This document shows, in pieces, positions 36,976 to 57,161 of a stretch of DNA of 64,000 bases; the first letter of the stretch is position 1; each line of letters starts with the position of its first letter. The notes beneath the pieces were generated by a model, which was given only the letters and a program-made list of their open reading frames with translations, did not search any database and had not been told where the DNA came from. The position numbers were made by a program, and so were the translations under genes. This stretch comes from Antedon mediterranea. Taxonomy: Eukaryota; Animalia; Echinodermata. The DNA is taken from contig NC_092673.1 in assembly GCF_964355755.1 (NCBI RefSeq), positions 3,224,001 through 3,288,000 of the forward strand. Direction: 5' to 3'.

Positions 36976-37855
36976 CTACGACGAATGAGGTAGGAATTAA
37001 AGGGGAAATGTCACGACGAATATGAGGTGGGGGGAATGCCACAATAAGGTATAGAAAGGGAGTTGTGAATTCCACGACGAGATGAGGTGGTAGAAAGGGG
37101 GAGGTGACATAACACGACGACATGAGGAAGGAGGAGAGAAATACCACGACGAAATGAGGTGGTAGAAAGCTATAGGGAGAGGTGAATGCCACGACGAAAT
37201 GAGGTGGTAGAAAGGGGGAGGGAATACTCCACGACGAAATGAGGTGGTAGAATGCTAGGGAGAGGTGGTGAATGCCACGACGAAATGAGGTGGTAGAAAG
37301 GGGAGGTGACATAACACGACAACATGAGGAAGGAGGAGAGAAATACCACGACGAAATGAGGTGGTAGAAAGCTAGGGAGAGGTGAATGCCGCGACAAAAT
37401 TAGGTGGTAAAAAGGGAGAGAGAATACTCCACGACGAAATGAAGTGGTAGAAAGCTAGAGAGAGGTGAATGCCACGCGACGAAATGAGGTGGTAAAAAGA
37501 GGGGGGGGGGGGGGGAGGGAATACTCCACGACGAAATGAGGTGGTAGAAAGCTAGGGAGAGGTGAATGCCACGACGAAATGAGGTGGTAGAAAAGGGGAG
37601 GGAATACTCCACGACGAAATGAGGTGTTGGAAAAGGAGAGGTGAATGCCACGACGAAATGAGGTGGCAGAAGGGGAGAGGTGAATGCCACGATGAAATGA
37701 GGTAGAAAGCCAGAGATGCAACGACAAAATGAGGTAGCAAAGGTGAGAAGTGACATATATGACCACATGAGAAAGGAGGAGAGGAAGGCCACGACGAAAA
37801 GAGGTAAAAATGGAGAGGGGAATGGAAAATGCCACGACAAAAATGAGGTAAAAAT
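36976..37855. repeat. Purine-rich complex minisatellite, ~40-bp unit with core ccacgacgaaatgaggtggtagaaag, ~20 copies
   Basis: Direct repeats with a higher-order block (37072-37190 repeated at ~37276-37390); explains minus ORFs 36965-37840. Confidence 0.95.
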
Positions 37856-37963
37856 GCCTTGCTACAACTTAGGCTACATCGATGAATAGCTATAGCTCCA
37901 TATACTAAGCCTTCTGTAAAGTATGGACCTACATATTTTTTATCACAAGGATTTTCTAACGTT

Positions 37964-39413
37964 TTAATTCTGGCTATACGTTAACTTATTATAATAGTTA
38001 TTTGTGTAATAATTGTTGGTTTCATATACAAGTTGACATCCAGTAGTATCCAGTCGAAATCCCTGACAATCTGAACTCCTCAAGCACTGCATGGCACATC
38101 TGGTGGGAAACATTGTCACGACATCACCAGATGACGACTGTTGCTTGGATTGAAAATACACCGGCAGGTCTACTGCTTGGTCTACTGCTTCTATATAGAA
38201 AATTAATTAAATACATTAAATACACATTTCAGTTTAAAATACCTTCAAAACATCATGATAAATGATCCCAAAAGTACTTTACTAAAAATGCAGTTCTAGG
38301 CCTAAATTAGAAAAAGTTGGAACTGAACCGACAACCCCCACCCGACGACCCTGTGCGGTAATTTATTGCATTTAGGTATTTAAAAAAAATCGTGTTGGCG
38401 TCAATACTACCAATTATTGTACCCATTTTGGCGTCAGTCTTCTGTGGTGTTTTTTAAAATCGAAAATAAAATACAATCCGTACCATATTCACAAATGTAT
38501 CCCTCGTTAAGACCTAAAAACGGCTCATCTGTATTAATATCTTTTATTTCAACATTATCCGCTCTTATTCTTGTTCCAGCATCTACGCCATTATCGCTCC
38601 TTGGGTTATTGCTTGCCCATGGTGTCAACAGGTTGTCAAAAGTAGTACCACTCCCGTCACACTTCCAGTTTGTGTCTAGTGCACGATCCAGGCCCGCTTG
38701 GCGCCAAAATCCAATCCCGTATTTACCTCTTGGGCAAAAATCAAGAAGTGTGCTCACCACAAACTTTAACTCATCAGAGGTGGTGAGACAGGCAAGGTAA
38801 CCACCAGATGTTTCGCAGATGTCTCTGACATCCATCCAATTTTCTGTTGACGTGTTGGTTATAATATTTACACGGTACGTTGATGATTGGTACTGTACAT
38901 TTAAACATTCTGTAAAAACGAATATTTTGAGAAGATTTTCAAAAAGGCAAGACAAATCACTGATTCGATTATTAGAAATAAAAAAATATAATATAGAGGA
39001 TGGAACTATTTATCTAATATGTAGGCTTACACCATTATTATTACATTTTCCTAGACAGTGGCGTAACGGCTATGAACGCTTGCTGGCTAAACCCAGGGGC
39101 CCCGGGAGCTCATGGGGGCTCCTGAGCAGTGGCCAGACGATAAAAATAGGCATTAAAATATTCCGAAAAAAATTAATAAAAACGCCCGAGGACTCCAGCG
39201 TTGGAGGGGCACTCAAGGTTCCTAGGCTCCTGTTCCTAAACCAGGGGCCTCATGTCGTCACTGTTCCTGGACCTAAACCTAGCTCTATGGGCTGGTCAAC
39301 TAAAAGAATAACATACCATTGGATTCTTCTCCGTTAATGCTGCTTAATTTGAACATGATCGTAAAAAAGATGAAAGAAACAGATTTCATAAAACGGTCCG
39401 CCGATGTCAACAT
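37964..39413 (-). CDS. Secreted C-type lectin-like domain + PAN/apple-like domain protein, copy 2
   Basis: Exons 39317-39413, 38484-38909, 37964-38190 (alternative in-frame acceptors at 38181 and 38169); same architecture as copy 1. Confidence 0.85.
39056..39290 (+). mobile_element. Short TIR element (CAGTGGCGTA end, hAT-like) in intron 1 of lectin copy 2
   Basis: cagtggcgtaacggctatga...cccaggggccccgggagctc; right boundary uncertain. Confidence 0.55.
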
Positions 39414-39974
39414 GATGACAAATACAGTCTTAATGTAAAATAATTTACTTGTAAAATGATTGGCTTTCGTTTTTGTATCTTAACTTACATACGTGATTCA
39501 CAAACAGAGCTATAGTGCATGATAAATCACATTACTTTAATCGAGGTCTTGTTAATTGACAAAATGTTAAAAAAAAGAAAATGTTAATTCAACGAGATGA
39601 TTGCAAACTCGTGTGGGTTATAATGTTTTAATCGATTCACACTAACTGGTTTTTTTTTGGTCCAGCCAGGTCTAAGGTTAAAATACTTAATAGGATAATC
39701 ATTAATTGAGGAATTACTTCGTTTCTAATGAAAATATTATTTTGTACTTTTTTCTCATGAATAATTGGTTCGTAATCTTATGTTTGTAGTATGGGCCTAC
39801 AAATAAATATTAGAAAAAATGTGTAATATCATGGAGTAAAGATTCTTTACTCCATGGTAATATTAACAAATACAAGCATGCTAAAATATTTATAAAAAAT
39901 ATATAGAATTAATTAACTTTAAAAAAAAAGAAACACACAAAAGAAGGACCATTGCCGTGACATTGTTTTATCAA

Positions 39975-40046
39975 TGCCGTGACCAGGATTCGAACCTGGG
40001 TTATTGCGGCCACAACGCAATGTACTAACCACTATACGATCACGGC
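39975..40046 (-). tRNA. tRNA-His-GTG: tRNA-His (GTG)
   Basis: GCCGTGATCGTATAGTGGTTAGTACATTGCGTTGTGGCCGCAATAACCCAGGTTCGAATCCTGGTCACGGCA; intact cloverleaf, A/B boxes, downstream T-runs. Confidence 0.97.
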
Positions 40047-40421
40047 GAGCTACTAGTCCGGATGCCCGTCAAACTAGCTTGCTCAGTAACTGGATGTCAG
40101 ATAAGAGAATTACGTAATCGATGTGCAGTAGACCGTGACAACACAATTGTCGGCAATTTATAGTAAGTCTATTTTTTACAACAATTTACTAAAATAAAGT
40201 GCATTATATTAATATATTATTATATATAATTTTATTTTAACGTATAATCTTTAACATTACATAGGTAAAATATGAGTTTTGTTTATTTATAATATATAAA
40301 TAACCATTTGAGGCTAGGCCAAGTAGGCTAGGCCTTTTCTCTCTGGGACGGAAGGAGGTACTCCACGGTGGACGTGTCTTCTAGGTGGCGCGCTAGTGGT
40401 AGAATTTGGAAAAGAAGCAAA

Positions 40422-45706
<5,285 letters not shown>

Positions 45707-45884
45707 AATGTCCAATATTTGTCAATTCTATTACAGTACTTTTCACTGTGGACATGTTTTTGTATTTTAAAATGATACGTTTTGTATTTCCCAGTGCAAT
45801 ACAGTACTACTATATTATAATTAGTATTGAACACTATATTATGGCAAAGTACAGTAATAAAATATACTGCATGTATGTAGAATG

Positions 45885-46263
45885 ACCATATACTGTTAAA
45901 CCCAAAACTACTTACCATATACTGTTAAACCCAAAACTACTTACCATATACTGTTAAACCCCAAACTACTTACCATATACTGTTAAACCCCAAACTACTT
46001 ACCATATACTGTTAAACCCCAAACTACTTACCATATACTGTTAAACCCCAAACTACTTACCATATACTGTTAAACCCCAAACTACTTACCATATACTGTT
46101 AAACCCCAAACTACTTACCATATACTGTTAAACCCCAAACTACTTACCATATACTGTTAAACTCCAAACTACTTACCATATACTGTTAAACTCCAAACTA
46201 CTTACTATATACTGTTAAACCCCAAACTACTTACCTTATACTTTTAAACCCCAAACTACTTAC
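45885..46263. repeat. 29-bp minisatellite (accatatactgttaaaccccaaactactt) x13
   Basis: Direct tandem repeat between the two oxidase genes. Confidence 0.97.
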
Positions 46264-46360
46264 CCAATCTGATGTCACAGTTTCCGAAAGCATATATTTA
46301 CTTAATATACAATTATTGAAAATATAGTTTTATCTAATCGGAAAACTAAGTTTACTTTTA

Positions 46361-46657
46361 GGAGTGGAGTTGTGGCTTGGTGGTTATGATGCTTGGCTAC
46401 CATTCCAAGGGTCCTGGGTTGAAGTCCCGTCACATGTCAGGATTTTTTCTAAGGACCAAATTACAACTCCACTCCCAAAGACTTGTAATAAGACTTTGTT
46501 TATGTAGAGCATCTTGTGTATATAGTTGTCTTGTGAACATCTGAGGGTCCCTAATAATCAGATTAGCTGGATGGATCACCCTCATTAAATATGGTTAAAA
46601 AAAAAAAAAAAAAATGAAATAAAAAAAAAAAAAAAAAAAAAATTAAAAAAAAAAAAA
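46361..46657 (+). mobile_element. tRNA-derived SINE with long A-rich tail
   Basis: A-box tggcttggtggt, B-box-like ggttgaagtccc, complementary ggagtggagttgt / acaactccactcc, poly(A) 46597-46657. Confidence 0.7.
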
Positions 46658-47045
46658 GCCCTATGCATTATTTTTTCCATGGTCAACCCTTCGGCATTTT
46701 GTTCAAGATGGGCTGGCCCAAGAGTGTCCAGTTTTCTTGAACCTGCTTTTAATAATGACACAGAGAATAATACATATGAAAAGACAAATGTTTTATTGTA
46801 AATAAATATCAATTTTTAACCAGCTAAGCTAACTGTTTGTGTATTTTTATTTATGTAACTAGAATGAATCTGTTTATTTATACTTCTGAACCCTTGAGCA
46901 CTTTTTCATAAATCACCTGGTGTGGGGATAAGCCTAACCAGCAAAAAAAAAAATATATATTTCAACATGTGGTAGAAACTAAACAAACTATTTAAAGAGA
47001 TAAATATAATACAATAATATATAGAAGTACAGTATTTAAAGCAAA

Positions 47046-50812
<3,767 letters not shown>

Positions 50813-51492
50813 CTTACACTAAAGTGTACTTAAGAACAGTCTATACAAAAGTTGGGTAGTATGCCTTTACCTAACAGTCTATACCAGAATGTGGTAGCCT
50901 AACCAGTTTACAAAGTTAGGTAACCTGCCTAAAGTTGCATGGCCAAAATGTCCATACCAAAGTCTGTCCGGTACCCTAACACTTTATACTATAATAGAAG
51001 TCTGTACACCTGGTAATACCGAATGTAAAAACATATGAAACAATAAATGTACAAGTAGTTATTGAATTTCTTATTACCTTGGTGTCTTTAAAGCTCGTGG
51101 CAGACATATTTAATAATTCAAAACTTTCAGATCAAAGTTACACAAGTTGCAACATTCATTTTAGCAACTGCTACATCAAATCATACTCACACTTGGCCAT
51201 TATAAAACACATTTACTGAAACACTTGATACTTTAATAACACGACAATAAATAAATATACTTTTTTATATAAATTGATGTTAGGTGAAGTTGTCGGCAGA
51301 TGAAACAGTGTGCGTAAAATTGTGAGCACGGTATGAGCAGTATCTAAATACATCACTAACAGCACAAACAATTCATTGCACATTGAAAATTGTTTAGTAC
51401 AGGAGTTATCAGTAACATATATATTGCAATAATAAATTGAGCGGTACTGTATATTATATGTCTATATTACACATTTATATATATATATATAT

Positions 51493-51651
51493 ATGATGAA
51501 GGGCTAGTGTTGCCCGAAAGCTCTGCTAACTTTTCTGGCTGTTTTACTTCTCGTTTTGATTTAGCTTTTCGCTTTTATTTTGTATCTCCATTGAGATCCA
51601 GCCACTGATACCCACAGCATTGTCATTTTTTCAGTAATTTGTCTTTGGATT
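51493..51651 (+). mobile_element. Penelope-like terminal fragment inserted in (TA)n, with truncated hammerhead-like core
   Basis: TGATGA-A-GGGC-tagtgtt-GCCC-GAAAGCTC; (TA)n on both sides. Confidence 0.55.
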
Positions 51652-52077
51652 TATATATATATATATATATATAAATCAAAGAGCTGCATAGGCAGGATAT
51701 AGAAAAAAATCAAGATCAAATAAGTTAAAACTGCCTCAATATACGTTTATATATATATTTATATGTATATACTGTATATCTCAATTCAATTCAAATATGT
51801 GACATTGTACGAATATTTTACACAATTTTGTAACAAGTTACCTTTGATTAAAACATATATTTAAAAATTGCACAGCCTCTTATCTTTAATTTTCCTGGTC
51901 TTTAAATAATGCTTGGAGGAGCCAAATAAAAAATACTATAAATAAAATAAAAATATAGTCAAATTAGGTTGCATATTAAAACAGAGATATTATAGTATAA
52001 TATCTCTATGATTAAATAATAAAAAAAAAAAAATAACCAGTAGAATTTAGTTTGTCCATGAGAACGTCCATTTTAAT

Positions 52078-55000
52078 TTATGCAAGTTTCTCTACAAACC
52101 GGGCCATCAATTGACCTTTAGGTCGCGACACAGGTAACCATTTGTATTCAAGATCCTGATCACTTGATACAGTCCAGTCATAGTTGCTAAGCATAAATGT
52201 ACAAACTTCCTGTTTAAACAAAAGATACAGGAACGAATACTTGAGTTTTATAAGTCAATTTCAAATTCTTTATCCTTTTTCTTTACAAATTCAAGCCTAG
52301 TCATTACCTTCACTTTATTATATGCCGCCAATAATAATAGTTTGTGCGTTACAAATGATTGGTTAGTAAATGTACAGTTAAAAGAGAAAATCTTCTGAAA
52401 ACATTGAATACTCTACCTTAATTATTTTCTTTATGAGTTGTATGCCAATACATTTTCTTTTTCCACCACCATAGCAACACAATAGTTTTTCCAATTCATC
52501 TCCACTGTTAGAATAAACAATAAAACAATCTCAATGCTTGTCAAATCAACTACAAAATTTAATTGTATTAATGTATTACAAAATGTCTTACTTTTCTTCC
52601 CATCTTTCTGGCTTAAATTCTTCTGGATCTGGAAAAACTTTAGGGTCTCTGTGTGCTGCGTGGGTCATATAGATGACAGCTGTACCCTGTTGTACTTGTA
52701 TTCCATCTAAGACACAACTCTGAGGAGAAACAGAAATGATTACGGCTGTATATATTCAAGATTACTGAATCAACTAAAATGTACACAGTACGAACATTTA
52801 AAGATGTATTGTCCCCCAAATACTTGAAAAATGAAGATTAATTAAATCAGACTTTTAATAAAGTTAATCACTTAGAAAAAGACTAAATAAATGGTTACAG
52901 TAAATTCAACCAAAAACCCATTATGTTTTGCTTTAAATTACAGTTTTTTCAGCTAAATAATTTGTTTTTCAATCCAATTTTTGGTCAAAGTAAATAACTA
53001 TTATGTGACAATACTGTATTCAACAACAAAAATGTTAAAAAAATTATTTTTCAGAGGGGGCAATATATCTTTAATGCCAAACACTGAATCAACTTATAAT
53101 TTTAAAAGTTTCTAACAGAAAAACAGTTCACATTTACTTTTCTAGTTAGACGTCTGCCTCCGAAAAATGGTGGCCATAACCTTTGAACTTCTAGTAGAAC
53201 ATGATCTAAATATTTGCTGTCTACACAGGCTTGGTGACGCTGTGAAGACTAGAATGAAAAAATAAAAAAATTATCATTCATTTATTGTTTATTATTGGGG
53301 TGAAAGTAGAGGTATTGGGTGAAAGTTGAGGTATTGGGTGAAAGTTGAGGTATTGGGGCCATGGTAGCAGTCTGATGAAACATTTGTAATATAATGTAGG
53401 AATTGGTGGTGATGATGGTAAATTTGTAGTGCAGATGGTAAATTGGTAATGATAGTGAAGAATTGGCGGTGTGTTTGGTAATTTGTAACACATGAATTAT
53501 GGTGTTCATTAATTGTGGTATTAATATGTATCTTAATTACACATCTAGTAGGTTCACTGATACCCTATGACATCATTTTGAAGATTTTTGCATAATATGG
53601 CAAACATGTCAACAAGCAAGTTTGAGAACTTCTTCAATACAGCTACCCACCTTATCTTGACCTGACAAAGCCAACGTGAAGGATGTTAAAATGGAAGCAA
53701 ATGCCTTTGGAACTAAGGCAGATATGAATAACAACAAATGATTTTCAACTTCAGTTTGATTCTGAAAGCCAGCTTCAGTTATCCGATGAAGAAAATCTCC
53801 TTTATTTGCTTTTTCTAAACGATCTCTGATTATTTCTATAAGTTTACCCTGAAAAAACAAATAATGCGTTGAAATAATCATTAAATCGCAAAATCAACCA
53901 GAAAAATTGATTATTTGAATTACAAAATACATTTTAAATGATTATTCCTGAAAGCTAAATATGTAAATAGTACATTGTGTTCACTCCGGAATAACGTTTT
54001 ACGATGTTTGGTTTGAGGTAATTAAAAAGGTAATTATGTGATAGTCATGAGCATCATAAATATTAATGAGCCTTGTGCTACGACCCGTAATAAATATATT
54101 TATCATTGAAATAATTTCATCTATTGGACAAAATACAGTACCTTAGCCTCTACAGCTTTGTTGTATCCAGATTTGGATCCCCAATAAGGCATTCTTAAGC
54201 TCAACGGTACGGAAATAATACCTAGAAAGAAAATTGTTTGAATTTCATTAATATTTGCTAATATTCTGGGTACAACCAGGGTCACTCTTCCCTGGTACAA
54301 TACACAGTCTAAGCCTGTTTTGAAATGATTATTAGCAGTTTATTTATTTTCTTGTTCTGATTAATCAATTTATGTTTAAATTATCTTAAACAGTTGATGT
54401 ATGAATGAAAAGGAGCATCAGTAGTGTTTATACAAATATAAATTATTAAATATAGGATTAAGAAATATGTATACATATCAAATTTATTGAAGAGAGTTTA
54501 AGAAACACTAACAGCTAAAATAAGACAGGAAATGTACCAGCTAATACATAGGAAACAACCCTTCATTTTGACCAATTTTTATCTGTTGCTAATTTCAATA
54601 TTCAAAAGCTCTGTCTACACTATCAAACTTTTTATGATAAAAAAATGTGATGAGCACATGTATGGATATGATGATGTCATATCACTACCATATCTGGGCA
54701 TATCACTACCATATTTGGGTAGATCACACTTTTTTTGTCAAACTAGTTTGATAGTGTAGACAGCTTTATATCTACTAGTGTTTACTACTGTACAAAACAC
54801 TGAAAATAATTACCATGCCAATGGGTAGTTATAAGCTGGCTAAGTAGTTCGTTGACCTCATCCGAGTGATCAGGAACAACATCTAAGAAAATACTAAAGG
54901 AAAGTTCTGTAGCAAAATGTTTGAATCGTTCATATGCAGAGATCTCAGTGCTATGAAAAACAAAGAAAGAAACAGTCAAAATGACTACTACTGAAATCCA

Positions 55001-56175
55001 CCACATTGAATAGAACAGTCAATCAACTTTATTTTTCCCATTCAACTCATTTGCTGTTTATTTCAGTCTGTTCATCTCTATGGTCTGTTTAAAGATATAT
55101 TGAAAAAAAAAAAACAATTTAAAAAAAATAATAAATGCCATTTTAATGTTACGTAAAAGTTATTCACTTTGACCAAAAACTGGATTGAAAAAAATTATTT
55201 ATATGAAAAAAATGTAATTTTGTGAAAGAAATAGTTAAATTGTCTGCCATACAATGGTTTACAAAAAATTTTTTGTTGTCTTTTTATAAGTAAAATAATA
55301 ATTTTTTTTTGGCTTTTTTTTTACAGTGAACAACTTTATTAAAACTGATTTTATTCATCTTCATTTTTCATGTTTTCGGGAGACAATACATCTTTAAATA
55401 ATAGTAGGCTTATTTTTTACTGCAAATTACCCTGTGTCCATGTGACTAAAGTGCTTAACAATGAGATCTTGCAGTTTGTTGTTAAATTGTTGCACGTTAT
55501 CAGGTTGAAATATACAATGAAGGACGTCTCTAAGTCGTTTAGCTTCCTCTCCTTCCGAGAATACAACATTATCGCCATAGAGACCATGCATAAACACTTT
55601 ATAACCCATTTCAAAGTTATGACTGCATTCTGAGAAAAATTGAGATGAGACCATTAGTTCAATAAATAATATTGATTACAATTTATAACACTCTTAATTA
55701 ATTTGCATTCGTATCTATATTAAGGCCAATTAACACAGACGAGCGGTAATGGTAATAAAAATATAAGAATGTTATTCCTTATGACCATTTACAAATAACG
55801 TGGAGCGGACGGGCAGTTTCCGCTCAGGACAGATACATATTCTATGTAGGACAAGTTACGCAGTTTTTCGCTTCTTCTTTGGCCTTTTCACTCTCTTGAT
55901 AAACACATTTTGGTAAAGTTTAAGGGGTAGGATTAACCCCATCTTTAGCCTATGATACATGACCGAATACTCAAATATTATTTACCTCCAACTAAATCCT
56001 GGACACCTTGAATTGTTCCCAAAAATATTGTTGGTTTGTTTAGAAGTCTAGATTGAAAGATCCGAGTGTCGTGTTCCTGCATCTGTTTGTTCACGAACGT
56101 AATTGGATCACGGTAGAATTCTATAGACTTATCACCAACAAACATATACCCTACATTTCCTTTTGGTTGTGCCAT
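52078..56175 (-). CDS. Atypical cytochrome P450 (CYP120/CYP26-like), ~420 aa
   Basis: Exons 55986-56175, 55431-55629, 54814-54950, 54142-54221, 53651-53848, 53138-53248 (EVQR, ExxR), 52592-52719 (FKPERW), 52417-52504 (YGGGKRKCIG heme motif), 52078-52209; total 1263 nt in frame. Additional upstream donor at ~56898. Confidence 0.92.
52802..53070. mobile_element. TTAA-flanked TIR element (Kolobok-like)
   Basis: ttaa-agatgtattgtcccc ... ggggcaatatatct-ttaa. Confidence 0.75.
53292..53358. repeat. 19-bp tandem repeat (ggtattgggtgaaagttga) x3.5, followed by degenerate ~20-bp periodic DNA to ~53480
   Basis: Direct repeat in a P450 intron. Confidence 0.8.
54607..54764 (+). mobile_element. MITE family A
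   Basis: Both TIRs, two 21-bp units. Confidence 0.88.
55093..55393. mobile_element. TTAA-flanked TIR element (Kolobok-like)
   Basis: ttaa-agatatattg ... gacaatacatct-ttaa; body similar to 28292-28639. Confidence 0.7.
55724..55875 (+). mobile_element. MITE family B, left part
   Basis: aggccaattaacacagacgagcggtaatggtaat... Confidence 0.65.
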
Positions 56176-57044
56176 ATTTAGTATTTAATAATTATTTATT
56201 CAGTTAAATAGTTGTTATAAACAGGAAATCAATGTTGGTATTTTGTTTGAATACAATAAGGAATGATCATAAACAAATTTATTGCACATCAAAAATTAAT
56301 AGTTTAAACTTCATGTTGACATTTATTTGGAAAAGATTTAATATTTAAATTGAAATGTAATTTAATTAGTATTAAAAATTGATATGAGGTAATAAATATG
56401 TAGTCCTATTTTATATAAATTAATTATTTGAAGGACGTGTTAAATTCACTGATGCACTAATTTACACAGAAAAAACCTGAAAAAAAGTTAAATGTTAATT
56501 ATTGTTAGAGTATTGATTTACAGTATTATAATACACATGGCTATACGAACTGGAAACACAGATATATATTGTATTTACTATTAAGTATTATTTAAAAAAT
56601 TAAAAATAATTCTATTCATGAATATTTCAATATAATAAATTAGCTTTGTTACATACAGGCAATCCTGTGTTAAATAATAAAATATTAGTTATTTCCTTTA
56701 CGATTTACATAACAATAGGCTAACCGTTTAAATCAATTTTCCTACAGCAATTTTGCCTTACCCGTAACCTGGGAGATATAGGATAGGATGTAGTTATAGG
56801 CCTAGCTAGGCAAATTAGCTAGCAGTTGGGCCTAGATGAATATCTGTATAAAATAAATTATAACTAAAAATTATGTTATTAATTTAAACATACTTACCAT
56901 ACGACATGTTTATGATCTGTTTATTAATGTTATTGTAGAACATCAACTATAACGAGAATACGGAACAATTTGCTGTTAATATCCGCTCATTTATTTCACA
57001 TTTTTTGTTTAATCGCTCTCAATAAACTGTGCTACGCTTGGTTA

Positions 57045-57160
57045 ATTACAGGGTGGGCGTCAACAAAAACAAATTGATTGATTGGTCAGTTAAACGGGTT
57101 TCTTCATGGTTGATTGGTTTAGTTCTACAACAATTTGTGAAAATCCGCGCGAAAGTTCTA
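57045..57160. promoter_or_regulatory. Bidirectional promoter between the P450 and UNG: GC box, two CCAAT boxes, E2F site
   Basis: gggtgggcgt 57051, gattgg 57080 and 57112, ccgcgcgaaa 57145-57154 (TTTCGCGC on the minus strand). Confidence 0.65.
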
Positions 57161-57161
57161 C

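Noticed and set aside
36976-37855. CRISPR-like look (constant core plus variable linkers)
   Set aside because: Linkers are short, related and recurrent; eukaryotic context, no cas genes.
35647-39337. Plus-strand ORFs 35647-35994, 38417-38800 and 38819-39337
   Set aside because: Antisense shadows of the lectin exons and intronic repeat.
45885-46263. Each 29-bp unit carries cag|tatatg|gtaagt on the minus strand (micro-exon array?)
   Set aside because: Implied introns would be ~23 nt and there is no minus-strand gene here; likely coincidence.
46361-46435. tRNA-like sequences here and at 17871, 26296, 59071
   Set aside because: No valid cloverleaf; followed by shared repeat bodies or tails, so SINE heads rather than tRNA genes.
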